The notes under the pieces: generated by a model
Databases searched by the model: none
Told to the model about the DNA's origin: nothing
What the model saw: only the letters and a program-made list of their open reading frames with translations
Shown here: one piece after another, positions 19,472 through 28,358 of the stretch
Layout: each line of letters begins with the position of its first letter
Position numbering within the stretch: the stretch's first letter is position 1
Program-made: the position numbers and the translations under genes
Assembly (NCBI GenBank): GCA_021513695.1
Contig: CP084166.1
Span: forward strand, 2,720,001 to 2,784,000
From: Candidatus Heimdallarchaeum aukensis
Lineage (GTDB): Archaea > Asgardarchaeota > Heimdallarchaeia > Heimdallarchaeales > Heimdallarchaeaceae
Direction of reading: 5' to 3'
DNA: 64,000 bases

Positions 19472-19565
19472 ATGTGCTTGTTTTTTCTAAATGTAAAAAA
19501 TCAGAAACTGCTTAAAAGTTTCTTAGAAAAAAATCTTACCTTTTTTGTTAAATTTTTTCTTTTCT
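19472..19565. repeat. ~95-bp direct repeat, copy 2
   Basis: atgtgcttgttttttctaaatgtaaaaaatcagaaactgcttaaaagtttcttagaaaaaaatcttaccttttttgttaaattttttc matches 15289..15385. Confidence 0.8.
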
Positions 19566-19597
19566 CTTTCCTTTCTCTTCTTTTTTGCTAACTTTTG

Positions 19598-19810
19598 TTA
19601 ATACCTGAATCTTTCTCTAGATTTTAAATAAATTTCCATCAGTTTTGGTTTTTTTGACGCTCTATCCATTAGTTCTTCAATTTCTTTCTTTGGTTGTCCT
19701 TTTTCTGCTTTAATTCTTGATGTAGTAACGATCACATAAATTAACATCGCAGTAATAGCTAAAAAACCTCCAAAAACGATTATACCGAAGGCTACTATTA
19801 CTATATTCAT
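19598..19810 (-). CDS. small single-TM membrane protein (70 aa), paralogue 1
   Basis: MNIVIVAFGIIVFGGFLAITAMLIYVIVTTSRIK..., a TM helix plus a K/E-rich tail. About 75% identical to the ORF at 20082..20297. Confidence 0.5.
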   Translation of the reverse strand: MNIVIVAFGIIVFGGFLAITAMLIYVIVTTSRIKAEKGQPKKEIEELMDRASKKPKLMEIYLKSRERFRY

Positions 19811-19860
19811 CGAATAATAATAGCTTTCAACAATTAAATACTTTTGGAAAAAAGGTATAA

Positions 19861-20080
19861 TTAATTATCTCTTAATTTTTTGTTCATATGCCTTCATTAG
19901 TTCCTTAAAGCTTCTTCTTTTGTAATATCTTTTGGATTTAAGGTAAGTGTTCCATCGTTTATCGCTTTTTCTGTTATTTCTTCTAGCTGTTCTTCTTTTT
20001 CTCCCTCCTCTTTCAATGTTTTTGGTAATTTTGTTAATTAACCTTTCTTGAAGTTCTTCTACTTTTTTTTACTGACTTAT
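19861..20080 (-). pseudogene. decayed duplicate of the 3' end of the Fe-alcohol-dehydrogenase gene
   Basis: The nucleotide sequence parallels 20341..20560 (adh C-terminal ~70 codons) at roughly 85% identity, but in-frame stops break the ORF. Confidence 0.6.
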
Positions 20081-20081
20081 G

Positions 20082-20297
20082 TTAAAACCATAATCTTCCC
20101 TTATACTGTAAATAATTTTCCATTAATTTTGTATTTTTTGCTGCTCTATCCATTAATTCTTCAATTTTCTTTTTTGGTTGTCCTTTTATTGGTTTGATTC
20201 TTGATGTCGTAGCAATTAGATAAATTAATATCGACATAATAGCAAAAAAGCCTACAAAAACAATTACTCCAAAGGCTACTATTAGTGAACTCATCAT
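20082..20297 (-). CDS. small single-TM membrane protein (71 aa), paralogue 2
   Basis: MMSSLIVAFGVIVFVGFFAIMSILIYLIATTSRIK..., immediately downstream of adh on the same strand. Confidence 0.5.
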   Translation of the reverse strand: MMSSLIVAFGVIVFVGFFAIMSILIYLIATTSRIKPIKGQPKKKIEELMDRAAKNTKLMENYLQYKGRLWF

Positions 20298-20360
20298 ATA
20301 ATAATAGTATTCGACAGTTATATACTTTTGGAAAAAGGGTATTAATTATTTCTTAATTTT

Positions 20361-21542
20361 TTATTCATATGCCTTCATTAGTATCCTTAAAGCTTCTTCT
20401 TTTGTTACATCTTTTGGATTTAAGGTAAGTGATCCATCATTTATCGCTTTTTCTGCTATTTCTTCTAGTTGTTCTTCTTTCACTCCTGCTTCTTTCAATG
20501 TTTTTGGTAATTTTATTAGTTCATTTAACCTCTCTTGAAGTTCTTCTATTTTTTCTATGAACTTTCTAGCTCTTTCTTTTTCTTCAGTTTTTACATATAT
20601 TTCTTCTCCCGCTAGTGGTAAAAGTAGTTCTTTTAACTCTTCTTTAATCTCTTCGTAGTTGAATTTAAGCACATGTGGTAGAAATATGTTCATTGCTACT
20701 CCATGAGGAATTTTTGCTACTGCTCCTGCAGCGTGTCCTAAACTATGTACTAGACCGACCATAGAATTAGAAAAAGCTACTCCTGCCATTGTTGCTGCTA
20801 TTGCCATTTCTAATCTTCTTTCTTTGTCCTTTCCATTTTTCACTAGTTCAACGATGTTTTTACTAATTAATTCTATAGCCTTCCATGCATAGACGTCGCT
20901 AAAGAGGTTTTTTTGTAAACAAGTATATGCTTCTATAGCGTGAGTTAGTGCGTCCATAGCTGTTAAAGCTGTTATATAAGCTGGTAGGGTAATAGTCATT
21001 CGTGGATCTATTACTGCTACGTCAGGCATAAGATATCGTGAAGTAAATAACATTTTAGTTGCAGACTTGTCATCTTTTATCACAGCAACTGCTGTTACTT
21101 CTGAACCTGTACCTGCAGTAGTAGGAATAACAAAAAGAGGTCTAAGCGGACGTTTTAATCTTTCTGCTCCAGCAAATTCTTTTAGATCTTTTCCTTTTTC
21201 TGAAACTAAGATATTTACTCCTTTTGCTGTATCTATTACTGATCCTCCGCCTATTGCTATTATCCCATCACATTTTTTTTCATTATAGATTTCTGCTATT
21301 TTATTTACTTCCTCGGTTGAAGAATCTTGAGGTATGTCATCTATTATAGCAGGGAATATTACATCTGCTCCTCCACATGCTTTAATTACTTTATCTACCA
21401 ACCCTGCTTTGTTTACTCCTCTATCAGTGAGAATGATAGGTCTTTTTACTCTGAAATTATCAAATTCCGAAGGCAAGTTTTCTAAAGCTTTTTTGCCTGC
21501 TAATATTTTTGTCTTATTCTGAAATTCAAAATATTCTTTCAT
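20361..21542 (-). CDS. iron-containing (group III) alcohol dehydrogenase
   Basis: GGGSVIDTAKG, the HGVAMNIFLPHVLKFN metal-site region and the Fe-ADH fold. The track start at 21551 is GTG; the likely start is ATG 21542 (MKEYFEF...). It lies 5 nt downstream of aor. Confidence 0.85.
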   Translation of the reverse strand: MKEYFEFQNKTKILAGKKALENLPSEFDNFRVKRPIILTDRGVNKAGLVDKVIKACGGADVIFPAIIDDIPQDSSTEEVNKIAEIYNEKKCDGIIAIGGGSVIDTAKGVNILVSEKGKDLKEFAGAERLKRPLRPLFVIPTTAGTGSEVTAVAVIKDDKSATKMLFTSRYLMPDVAVIDPRMTITLPAYITALTAMDALTHAIEAYTCLQKNLFSDVYAWKAIELISKNIVELVKNGKDKERRLEMAIAATMAGVAFSNSMVGLVHSLGHAAGAVAKIPHGVAMNIFLPHVLKFNYEEIKEELKELLLPLAGEEIYVKTEEKERARKFIEKIEELQERLNELIKLPKTLKEAGVKEEQLEEIAEKAINDGSLTLNPKDVTKEEALRILMKAYE

Positions 21543-21556
21543 TTTTTTCACCTTTA

Positions 21557-23935
21557 TTAAATGTTAAAAGGAATTGAGAATAAATATAGGTAAATTCTAA
21601 CAATATATCTCTTCATTAAATTAATAGTAGGTATTTTTCGCATTATTCTTTTTGCAATAATTCTTGGAAAAAGATAGGTTTCTGTGATATTTAGGCAACG
21701 TATTAGAGACATAGCAATTTGAGTATCTCCTTTAACTTTTATTGCATTAGATGCATAAGCATGATGTATGCCTTTCTGAGCAGTCATTAACTCAAAAGCA
21801 GCGTCTATAGTTCTAAAAGTAATAACTAGATCTGCTTGTTTTTCTGGAATCTTTTGAGGATTTAAGACTCCTTTTTTATTCTTTAAAAGCCCTAAACTAG
21901 TTTCATAGTTATCTACATTAAATAAAATCTTGAAATTTGTTGGCCAAGATCTAATCTCTTGCTTAATATTAGAATCAATAGTTGATAATGTCTTCATTGC
22001 TCTTCCTAAAATTGTAAAAACTAAAGATACTATTCTTTCTTTAATTCTCTTAGGTTTAGGTTGGAATCCTTCTTCTATTCCTAACTTTTTCATGACCTTT
22101 GCTGTTGGGACACCGTTTCTTGAATAACCTCTAATCTTGTAATACTTTTCTTGCATCTCTTCTAAGGGGACAACTTTTTTCTTTTTATCGCTCTCTCTTC
22201 CTTCATTTAGGAATCGTTCAGGAAGAGTATCATCTATTCTTGAGACACCTATCAAGGTGTTCATATATCTTTCTAGAATATGAATTCTTTCACCTGCTTT
22301 GAGAAAATCACGAGAACTTTGTTTTATTCCAGTTACAGTTTCAAATAATTTAGAGTAAATACTTATATCTAATACTTTTTGCGTTATTCTTGGAAAATAG
22401 CTAATAAAGATTTTCAGAAATATTTTTGGCGGATACTTTGCTATTGGTGCTTCTAACATAAAGGCATAAGAAGTAAAAATACATAATTGTAGTGAATTAA
22501 TTGCTGAAAAGAGATTTTCCATGTAATAAACAAACTGTGCTTTAGCTCGCTTCGATTCTCCTTTAAGAAAATTGAAAAATGCTTCTAGGGTGAATAATGA
22601 TGCAGAAAGGTGACACGCTCCTCTATTTGCAACACTGTAGGATAGCCCTTGTCCCCAACATCCTCTTGGATCATATCCTGAAAATTCTAGACCTTTAATA
22701 TTCATTGCAAATCCTTTTCCACCATATTTTTCTGCTAGCCTTTTAGTTCCAAGGGCTAACTCTTCTCCTATTCCTTTTCTGTATGCAATGTCATAAAGTA
22801 TTTCAGAAACTCCTTCTGGAGAACCAAATTTTAGTGGAAAAGAAAAGAGATTTTTCTCATTAGCTTCTATGGCATATGCTAATGTTACAGATATAGAAAT
22901 AGTATCTAATCCTAATCTTGAACAAATTTCATTCCATTCAGCAATTTTTTCAGCATCATATATCTCTAGATTAGAACCAAATAAACTTGTGGTCTCATAT
23001 TCTGGAGCTTGAATTAATTTACCGTTGAACATTCCTTTATGTCCACAGAGGATTGCACAGTTCCTGCAAGAGCTGTATTTCTTATAGAATTCGGACTTTA
23101 ATCTTTCACCATACAGTTCACTAGCTTTTTCGCTCATACCTTTTGTGAAATTGCGAACTGGTAAGATCTTTTTTTCGTTACATATCCTAAAACCAGCGTT
23201 TGTGCCATAATTTCTGTATAAATCTGAAGTATATTCGTTTCTATTAATATACTTAATTGCTTTTCTTTTTATTTTCATGTATTTCTTTTCTTTTTTTGGT
23301 TTTATTCTGAAAGAACCTTTTTCAACAACAATAGCTTTAAGGTTTTTAGCTCCAAAGACAGCTCCTATTCCTCCTCTACCAAAAAATCTGTGTCCAGAAG
23401 CTACATTGGCATAAAGAACCCTATTTTCTCCTGCAGGACCAATAACTAGATTCCCTTTATTTTTTGCTTCTAGTAATTCTTGAGTCTCAAAGATATCTTT
23501 ACCCCAAATTTTAGAAGCACTGTTAAATGAAACACCGTTTTCTGTAATAGATAGATAAGTTGGTTCTTTTGCTTGCCCTTTTATTATTACTCCGTCATAA
23601 CCTACAGATTTCAAGAAAAACGCAAATGACCCTCCACAAGATGAAGAAACTATTAAACCTGTAAGCGGAGATTTAGTAACAGCAGCAAAGCGAGAAGAAT
23701 TGGGTGCACCAGTTCCAACCATTACTCCACCAAAGATGGCAATAATGTTATCTTCACCTAAAGGGTCACAAGACAGATCCATCTTTTTATATAGATAGTA
23801 AATGGCTAATCCCTTTCCTCCGAGATAAAGTTTTCTTTCTTCATTACTTATAGAAACTGTTGTAAAAGCTTTCTTTGTAAGATCAATCTCAAGTAGTTTG
23901 TTGTGAGACCCTAAAATCAACCTAGGACTAGTCAT
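21557..23935 (-). CDS. aor: tungsten-type aldehyde:ferredoxin oxidoreductase with C-terminal SCP2 sterol-carrier-like domain
   Basis: N-terminal LGGKGLAIYYLY...APNSSRFAAVTKSPLTG and the CRNCAILC 4Fe-4S motif. The FETVTG...KAGERIHILERYMNT...DTLPERFLNEG segment also matches the AOR family. Residues ~630-760 (NPQKIPEKQADLVITFRTIDAAFELMTAQKGIHHAYASNAIKVKGD) match the SCP2 fold consensus (ADxTITMxDxDFLALMTGKLNPQxAFxxGKLKIKG). Confidence 0.85.
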   Translation of the reverse strand: MTSPRLILGSHNKLLEIDLTKKAFTTVSISNEERKLYLGGKGLAIYYLYKKMDLSCDPLGEDNIIAIFGGVMVGTGAPNSSRFAAVTKSPLTGLIVSSSCGGSFAFFLKSVGYDGVIIKGQAKEPTYLSITENGVSFNSASKIWGKDIFETQELLEAKNKGNLVIGPAGENRVLYANVASGHRFFGRGGIGAVFGAKNLKAIVVEKGSFRIKPKKEKKYMKIKRKAIKYINRNEYTSDLYRNYGTNAGFRICNEKKILPVRNFTKGMSEKASELYGERLKSEFYKKYSSCRNCAILCGHKGMFNGKLIQAPEYETTSLFGSNLEIYDAEKIAEWNEICSRLGLDTISISVTLAYAIEANEKNLFSFPLKFGSPEGVSEILYDIAYRKGIGEELALGTKRLAEKYGGKGFAMNIKGLEFSGYDPRGCWGQGLSYSVANRGACHLSASLFTLEAFFNFLKGESKRAKAQFVYYMENLFSAINSLQLCIFTSYAFMLEAPIAKYPPKIFLKIFISYFPRITQKVLDISIYSKLFETVTGIKQSSRDFLKAGERIHILERYMNTLIGVSRIDDTLPERFLNEGRESDKKKKVVPLEEMQEKYYKIRGYSRNGVPTAKVMKKLGIEEGFQPKPKRIKERIVSLVFTILGRAMKTLSTIDSNIKQEIRSWPTNFKILFNVDNYETSLGLLKNKKGVLNPQKIPEKQADLVITFRTIDAAFELMTAQKGIHHAYASNAIKVKGDTQIAMSLIRCLNITETYLFPRIIAKRIMRKIPTINLMKRYIVRIYLYLFSIPFNI

Positions 23936-24078
23936 TTTTTTTAAAAGAAAAGAACTTGTTTAAATTTTTTTGTACTGGTAACGGAAATATTATGGTTTTC
24001 TATATTGGTAGAACTCAAAGAGAGAAAGTGAAAAAAAATGAAGAAGCAAACAAAAAAAGAAAAAAGAAAAAAAGGAGT

Positions 24079-27021
24079 TTAGTTAGTTTTAGCGAAAACA
24101 AGACCTTTTTTCTTGAGTAATAGCAGTATTACTGTAATAAGACCAATGCCGCCCACTGCAGCTAGAGGAATAATATACATTAATGGATTAATTTCTTTTT
24201 CTACACTGTAATTTATTTCAAATATTTCAGTTTCTGTAGTTAAAGATGAGTCATCAGTTGCACTTATCTTGAAAATTAAGGTTCCTGATTTTTTGGGTAA
24301 TTCTATGTCAAAGAAGTAACAATCTGTCTCATTGTTGTAAAGCATTGTTTCAACCATCCATTCATCTTCTGTAGCAAATTTGTAAGAAAACAGGACATTT
24401 GTTATATTTCCATCATCGGTCACATTAGCTCTGATTCTTATCGCTTTTTCTTCTAGGACTAAAGGAGAAGAGAATGACGTATCTAACACGATAATTATTG
24501 GAGCTAAAGCTTTTGTAAACTCTATAATGGTAATATTAGATTCTGAAGAAAATCCAGCAAGATCATATGCTCTTACTTTGTATGTCAAGTTCCCTGAAGA
24601 AATAATGACCGGTATCGAAACTGTGTATAAAGATATAGAAGAGTCATATTTCATTGAAAGTATTTTCCAATCGCTTTCTTCATCAAATGTGTAATAAACT
24701 TCTACTGTAAGTAATCCTCCTTTATCTGTGACATTTGCTTGAACTTCAATATCATAACCCCCAGCTAGGTCAAGAGGACTTGTAATAGGAATTAGACTAA
24801 TATTTGGAGCTAATCCATCTGAATAATAACTAAAGGTAGAACTATTAACTGAGTTATCTAATGCGTCAGTTAAGGTAATATAAAATAGAACATCTGTATC
24901 CATATTTGTTCTGGGGATAGTAGAAATAAATTCATAACCTATTGGAATAGTATAATGCTTTAATACAATCTCATAATTTATTACAGAACCAGAATATAAA
25001 TCAGAATAATCTGTAATTTTTAGAGTGAAATTAGCTTCTGTGAAGTCAGATTGAGTTAACCCAAGTTCTAGTAAGTCGATGCTTAAAGTAAAACTTGTTG
25101 GTCTAGTTTCTCTATCAAAAATCAAAAATTCTCTTCCATCATCTAATTCTAACCAGATTCTAATATCTGCAGATTTCTCGTGAGTGATGTCAACGTTTAG
25201 TGTTGCTTCTGATACTCCTCCTCCTCTTTCAACATTTAAAGTTACAAGTGTTGTACTATTGTCTTCAATTAAGGCAGGTAAGTCTACAGCAGTAAAAGTT
25301 TCCATATAATCCATAAAAGAATTGTAGTTTATGACATAGGATATTGTGTTGTTCCACGTTATTCCTCCATCTGTACTATACCAAACAACAGAAGTTTTAA
25401 GGTCTGTGTAGTCGGTCGCATTAAATAACACTTGGACATCGGTAATATTTGAGATTACTGGGGGGTTAACAAGTAGTTTGCCCAAAATAGGTGCTGCACC
25501 ATCAGCATAATAGAAGTTGACTGAAGTGTTCCCCACATTGTCAAAAAAGTCATAAGTTTCAAAGAAGTACTCAACAAACGTTGTTTCGTTTGTTTCAGGT
25601 AGAATAACTGTAAAAGTTGTGGGGGATGTTCCTTCTTCTATTGGCGTTGTATTGACCATCTGTTTTCTTAAGAAAGTTGTTCCGTTAGGCATTGAGTATA
25701 AAATATCAACTCTTTTTGTTCCTGAAGGGTCAACAAATTTTGCAGTAATATTAACTTCTGAACTTGTTAATGTTACATTTTCTATTCCTGGAATAGATAT
25801 TCCGCCATAAATTGAAATTGAATTTACTCTGGGATTCATGTTATCTACTATGGCGGTTTTTAATCCAGATGATCCCTCTCTTCCTTTTTTAGAGTCAACT
25901 ATATCTGAAGCATTTATCATGTATAGAAGATTAGCTTCTACATTAGAAATATCGTCTATTTGAAGTGTTGTACGGTAACTTGCCGCTGTACTACTTAAAT
26001 CTGTCAAATATTCAAAGTTTTGCGATTTATAGTCTTCCTCACCTTCAATCTTATAGTATAAAGTTACACTAGTATCATTAATCGTTTCTACTCCATCATA
26101 ATCCGTAACTGTGACATTAAATACAAAACCAGTGTCTGCATTAATAACTGTTGGTACTTCATGAATGGTAATCTTGGGGGTCCAATCCATAAGAAATGTG
26201 TATGTTTCACTGGTCATTGAATTATTGAATAGATCAAACGAGGTAACATAATATTCAACCCAAGTGGGAGTGTTAGTTGTGACGCTAGGTGGAGTTATAT
26301 CTCCACTAAAATATTCTTCATATATACGCAAGTAATTAAATACTGGGTCATTTACATTAGGATGATCTCCAATATGTGTGATCGCAAATATCTTATATCC
26401 TAATACAGATTCTGTGCTATCATAATCTACAGGAAATGGTGAAACTTCTTCTGTCCCTCCATATGATCCATCAATATATCTTTGTTCCCATGTTTCTGAA
26501 GTAATATTAAAGGCTTCAATTGAGACATAGACAAGATTGTTACGACTTGTTTCCTTATCAATTGAGCAATATATTCTCTTTATTACATCTCCTTCATTAG
26601 CTATGAAAATGTATTCACCATATCTCCATTCTGTTTTATCATTCGTTTTGATTCCAGTGTCAGTTATGTATCCTGTTGATTCAAACTCTGTCTCATCCAC
26701 AACTAGTTGTAAATCTCTACTCATCGAAGCGTTAAACAAAGTATCGTTTAGTGAAATATACTTCCACCACAGAGTAGCATTCCTTATTTCATCTGAATCA
26801 CTTATTGTCAAAGAAACCGTTGCTGTTTCATTGCTATTTGGAGCATCAGGACTAACCTGTGGTGTTCCGAAGAAACTATATTCTGAACTGAATTTTATAG
26901 GTGTTTCTCTGTCTAAAGTTCGGTTTGAAGATAAGTAAATATTCAGCGATACTTCTACACTAGCAGTTATTAAGACAGCTGTAATTAAAATAATTTGGCT
27001 AAATTTCTTTAATTCTTTCAT
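24079..27021 (-). CDS. large cell-surface (S-layer-like) glycoprotein, N-terminal signal peptide and C-terminal TM anchor
   Basis: A signal-like N-terminus FSQIILITAVLITASVEVSL, dozens of N-x-S/T sequons, and a C-terminal LMYIIPLAAVGGIGLITVILLLLKKKG TM plus basic tail. No enzymatic motifs. Confidence 0.6.
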   Translation of the reverse strand: MKELKKFSQIILITAVLITASVEVSLNIYLSSNRTLDRETPIKFSSEYSFFGTPQVSPDAPNSNETATVSLTISDSDEIRNATLWWKYISLNDTLFNASMSRDLQLVVDETEFESTGYITDTGIKTNDKTEWRYGEYIFIANEGDVIKRIYCSIDKETSRNNLVYVSIEAFNITSETWEQRYIDGSYGGTEEVSPFPVDYDSTESVLGYKIFAITHIGDHPNVNDPVFNYLRIYEEYFSGDITPPSVTTNTPTWVEYYVTSFDLFNNSMTSETYTFLMDWTPKITIHEVPTVINADTGFVFNVTVTDYDGVETINDTSVTLYYKIEGEEDYKSQNFEYLTDLSSTAASYRTTLQIDDISNVEANLLYMINASDIVDSKKGREGSSGLKTAIVDNMNPRVNSISIYGGISIPGIENVTLTSSEVNITAKFVDPSGTKRVDILYSMPNGTTFLRKQMVNTTPIEEGTSPTTFTVILPETNETTFVEYFFETYDFFDNVGNTSVNFYYADGAAPILGKLLVNPPVISNITDVQVLFNATDYTDLKTSVVWYSTDGGITWNNTISYVINYNSFMDYMETFTAVDLPALIEDNSTTLVTLNVERGGGVSEATLNVDITHEKSADIRIWLELDDGREFLIFDRETRPTSFTLSIDLLELGLTQSDFTEANFTLKITDYSDLYSGSVINYEIVLKHYTIPIGYEFISTIPRTNMDTDVLFYITLTDALDNSVNSSTFSYYSDGLAPNISLIPITSPLDLAGGYDIEVQANVTDKGGLLTVEVYYTFDEESDWKILSMKYDSSISLYTVSIPVIISSGNLTYKVRAYDLAGFSSESNITIIEFTKALAPIIIVLDTSFSSPLVLEEKAIRIRANVTDDGNITNVLFSYKFATEDEWMVETMLYNNETDCYFFDIELPKKSGTLIFKISATDDSSLTTETEIFEINYSVEKEINPLMYIIPLAAVGGIGLITVILLLLKKKGLVFAKTN

Positions 27022-27297
27022 TATTTTAACCTTTTATAGTTTACTAGTACATAGTTACTTTTCTTACATATATAAGGTAACTTCTCCAAAAAAGTAAAGT
27101 TTGTCTCTTAAACGAAGAAAAATAAGTAAAGTGGAATAATTCCTTAAAAAACTAGTATATTTTTATTTTCTAATTAAAGTAAATTATTAATAAGATTACT
27201 ATCTTTCAAAAAAGTTATAAAGTTCTGTAGTTTTTACGTTTATAACAAGGTAAAGCATTAAGATAAACTTATGCAAATGAAAATTTAAAGTGATTTT

Positions 27298-28347
27298 ATG
27301 AGTGTAAGAGCACCGGAAGATATTCTACTAGAAGTAAAAGGCTTAAAAACCTACTTCTTTACAGAAGAAGGAGTAGTGAAAGCTATAGAATCAATTAATT
27401 TTGTTGTTTATAAATCAGAAACATTAGGGCTAGTAGGAGAATCTGGATCTGGAAAAAGTGTAACTGCTCTAAGCATCTTAGGAATAGTACCGGACCCACC
27501 GGGAAAAGTCCTTGAAGGTGAAGTTATTTTCCATGGTCAAGATTTACGTAAATTAAGCCCTGCTGAAATGCGCAAAATCAGAGGAAACCAGATTGCCCAA
27601 GTATTTCAAGATCCAATGACCTCTTTGAACCCTGTTTTCACTGTTGGAGACCAAATCGGAGAAGCTATTATTCTTCATCAACAAGTTTCAAGGAAGGAAG
27701 CTAGAGAAAAAGCTATCAAAATTATGTCTCTTGTTGGTATTCCTTCTGCAGATGAACGTGTTGATAACTATCCCTTTGAGTTCTCAGGAGGTATGCGCCA
27801 AAGAGTTATGATTGCTATGGCTCTCAGTTGTAATCCTGAGCTTCTCATCGCAGACGAACCTACAACAGCTTTAGACGTAACTATTCAAGCTCAAATTCTC
27901 GAGCTTCTAAAAGCAACCAGTGAAGAGTTCGACATGAGTATTATTCTTATTACACATGATATGGGTGTTATTGCAGAGATGTGTGATCGTGTAGCAGTCA
28001 TGTATGCAGGGTATATTGCTGAAGTTAGCGACATAATGACTATTTTCAAGTCTCCTTTGCATCCTTATACCAAAGGTTTGCTCGGAGCTATTCCTCGTCC
28101 TGATGCGAAAAGAGAAGACTTGACGATTATTAGAGGAAGTATTCCTAATCTTATTAATCCTCCATCTGGATGTCGTTTCCATCCTCGATGTGATTACTGG
28201 ATTAAAGGCTTATGTGAAGTGAAAGTTCCTGAGTTTATAGAAATTGAACCAGGACATGAATTAATGTGCCACTTATACACTGAAGAAGGTAAAGCTTATC
28301 TGGAAGCTCACAAAGACCACCCCAGAATATCTTATGCAGCAAAGTAG
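27298..28347 (+). CDS. dppD: ABC peptide transporter ATP-binding protein DppD/OppD type
   Basis: Walker A GESGSGKS, signature FSGGMRQR, Walker [13 protein letters not shown] and the C-terminal oligopeptide-ABC Cys-rich extension. Confidence 0.9.
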   Translation: MSVRAPEDILLEVKGLKTYFFTEEGVVKAIESINFVVYKSETLGLVGESGSGKSVTALSILGIVPDPPGKVLEGEVIFHGQDLRKLSPAEMRKIRGNQIAQVFQDPMTSLNPVFTVGDQIGEAIILHQQVSRKEAREKAIKIMSLVGIPSADERVDNYPFEFSGGMRQRVMIAMALSCNPELLIADEPTTALDVTIQAQILELLKATSEEFDMSIILITHDMGVIAEMCDRVAVMYAGYIAEVSDIMTIFKSPLHPYTKGLLGAIPRPDAKREDLTIIRGSIPNLINPPSGCRFHPRCDYWIKGLCEVKVPEFIEIEPGHELMCHLYTEEGKAYLEAHKDHPRISYAAK

Positions 28348-28358
28348 GTGAATAAAGA

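Noticed and set aside
21067-22127. Small plus-strand ORFs inside adh and aor
   Set aside because: They are antisense to strongly supported enzyme genes.
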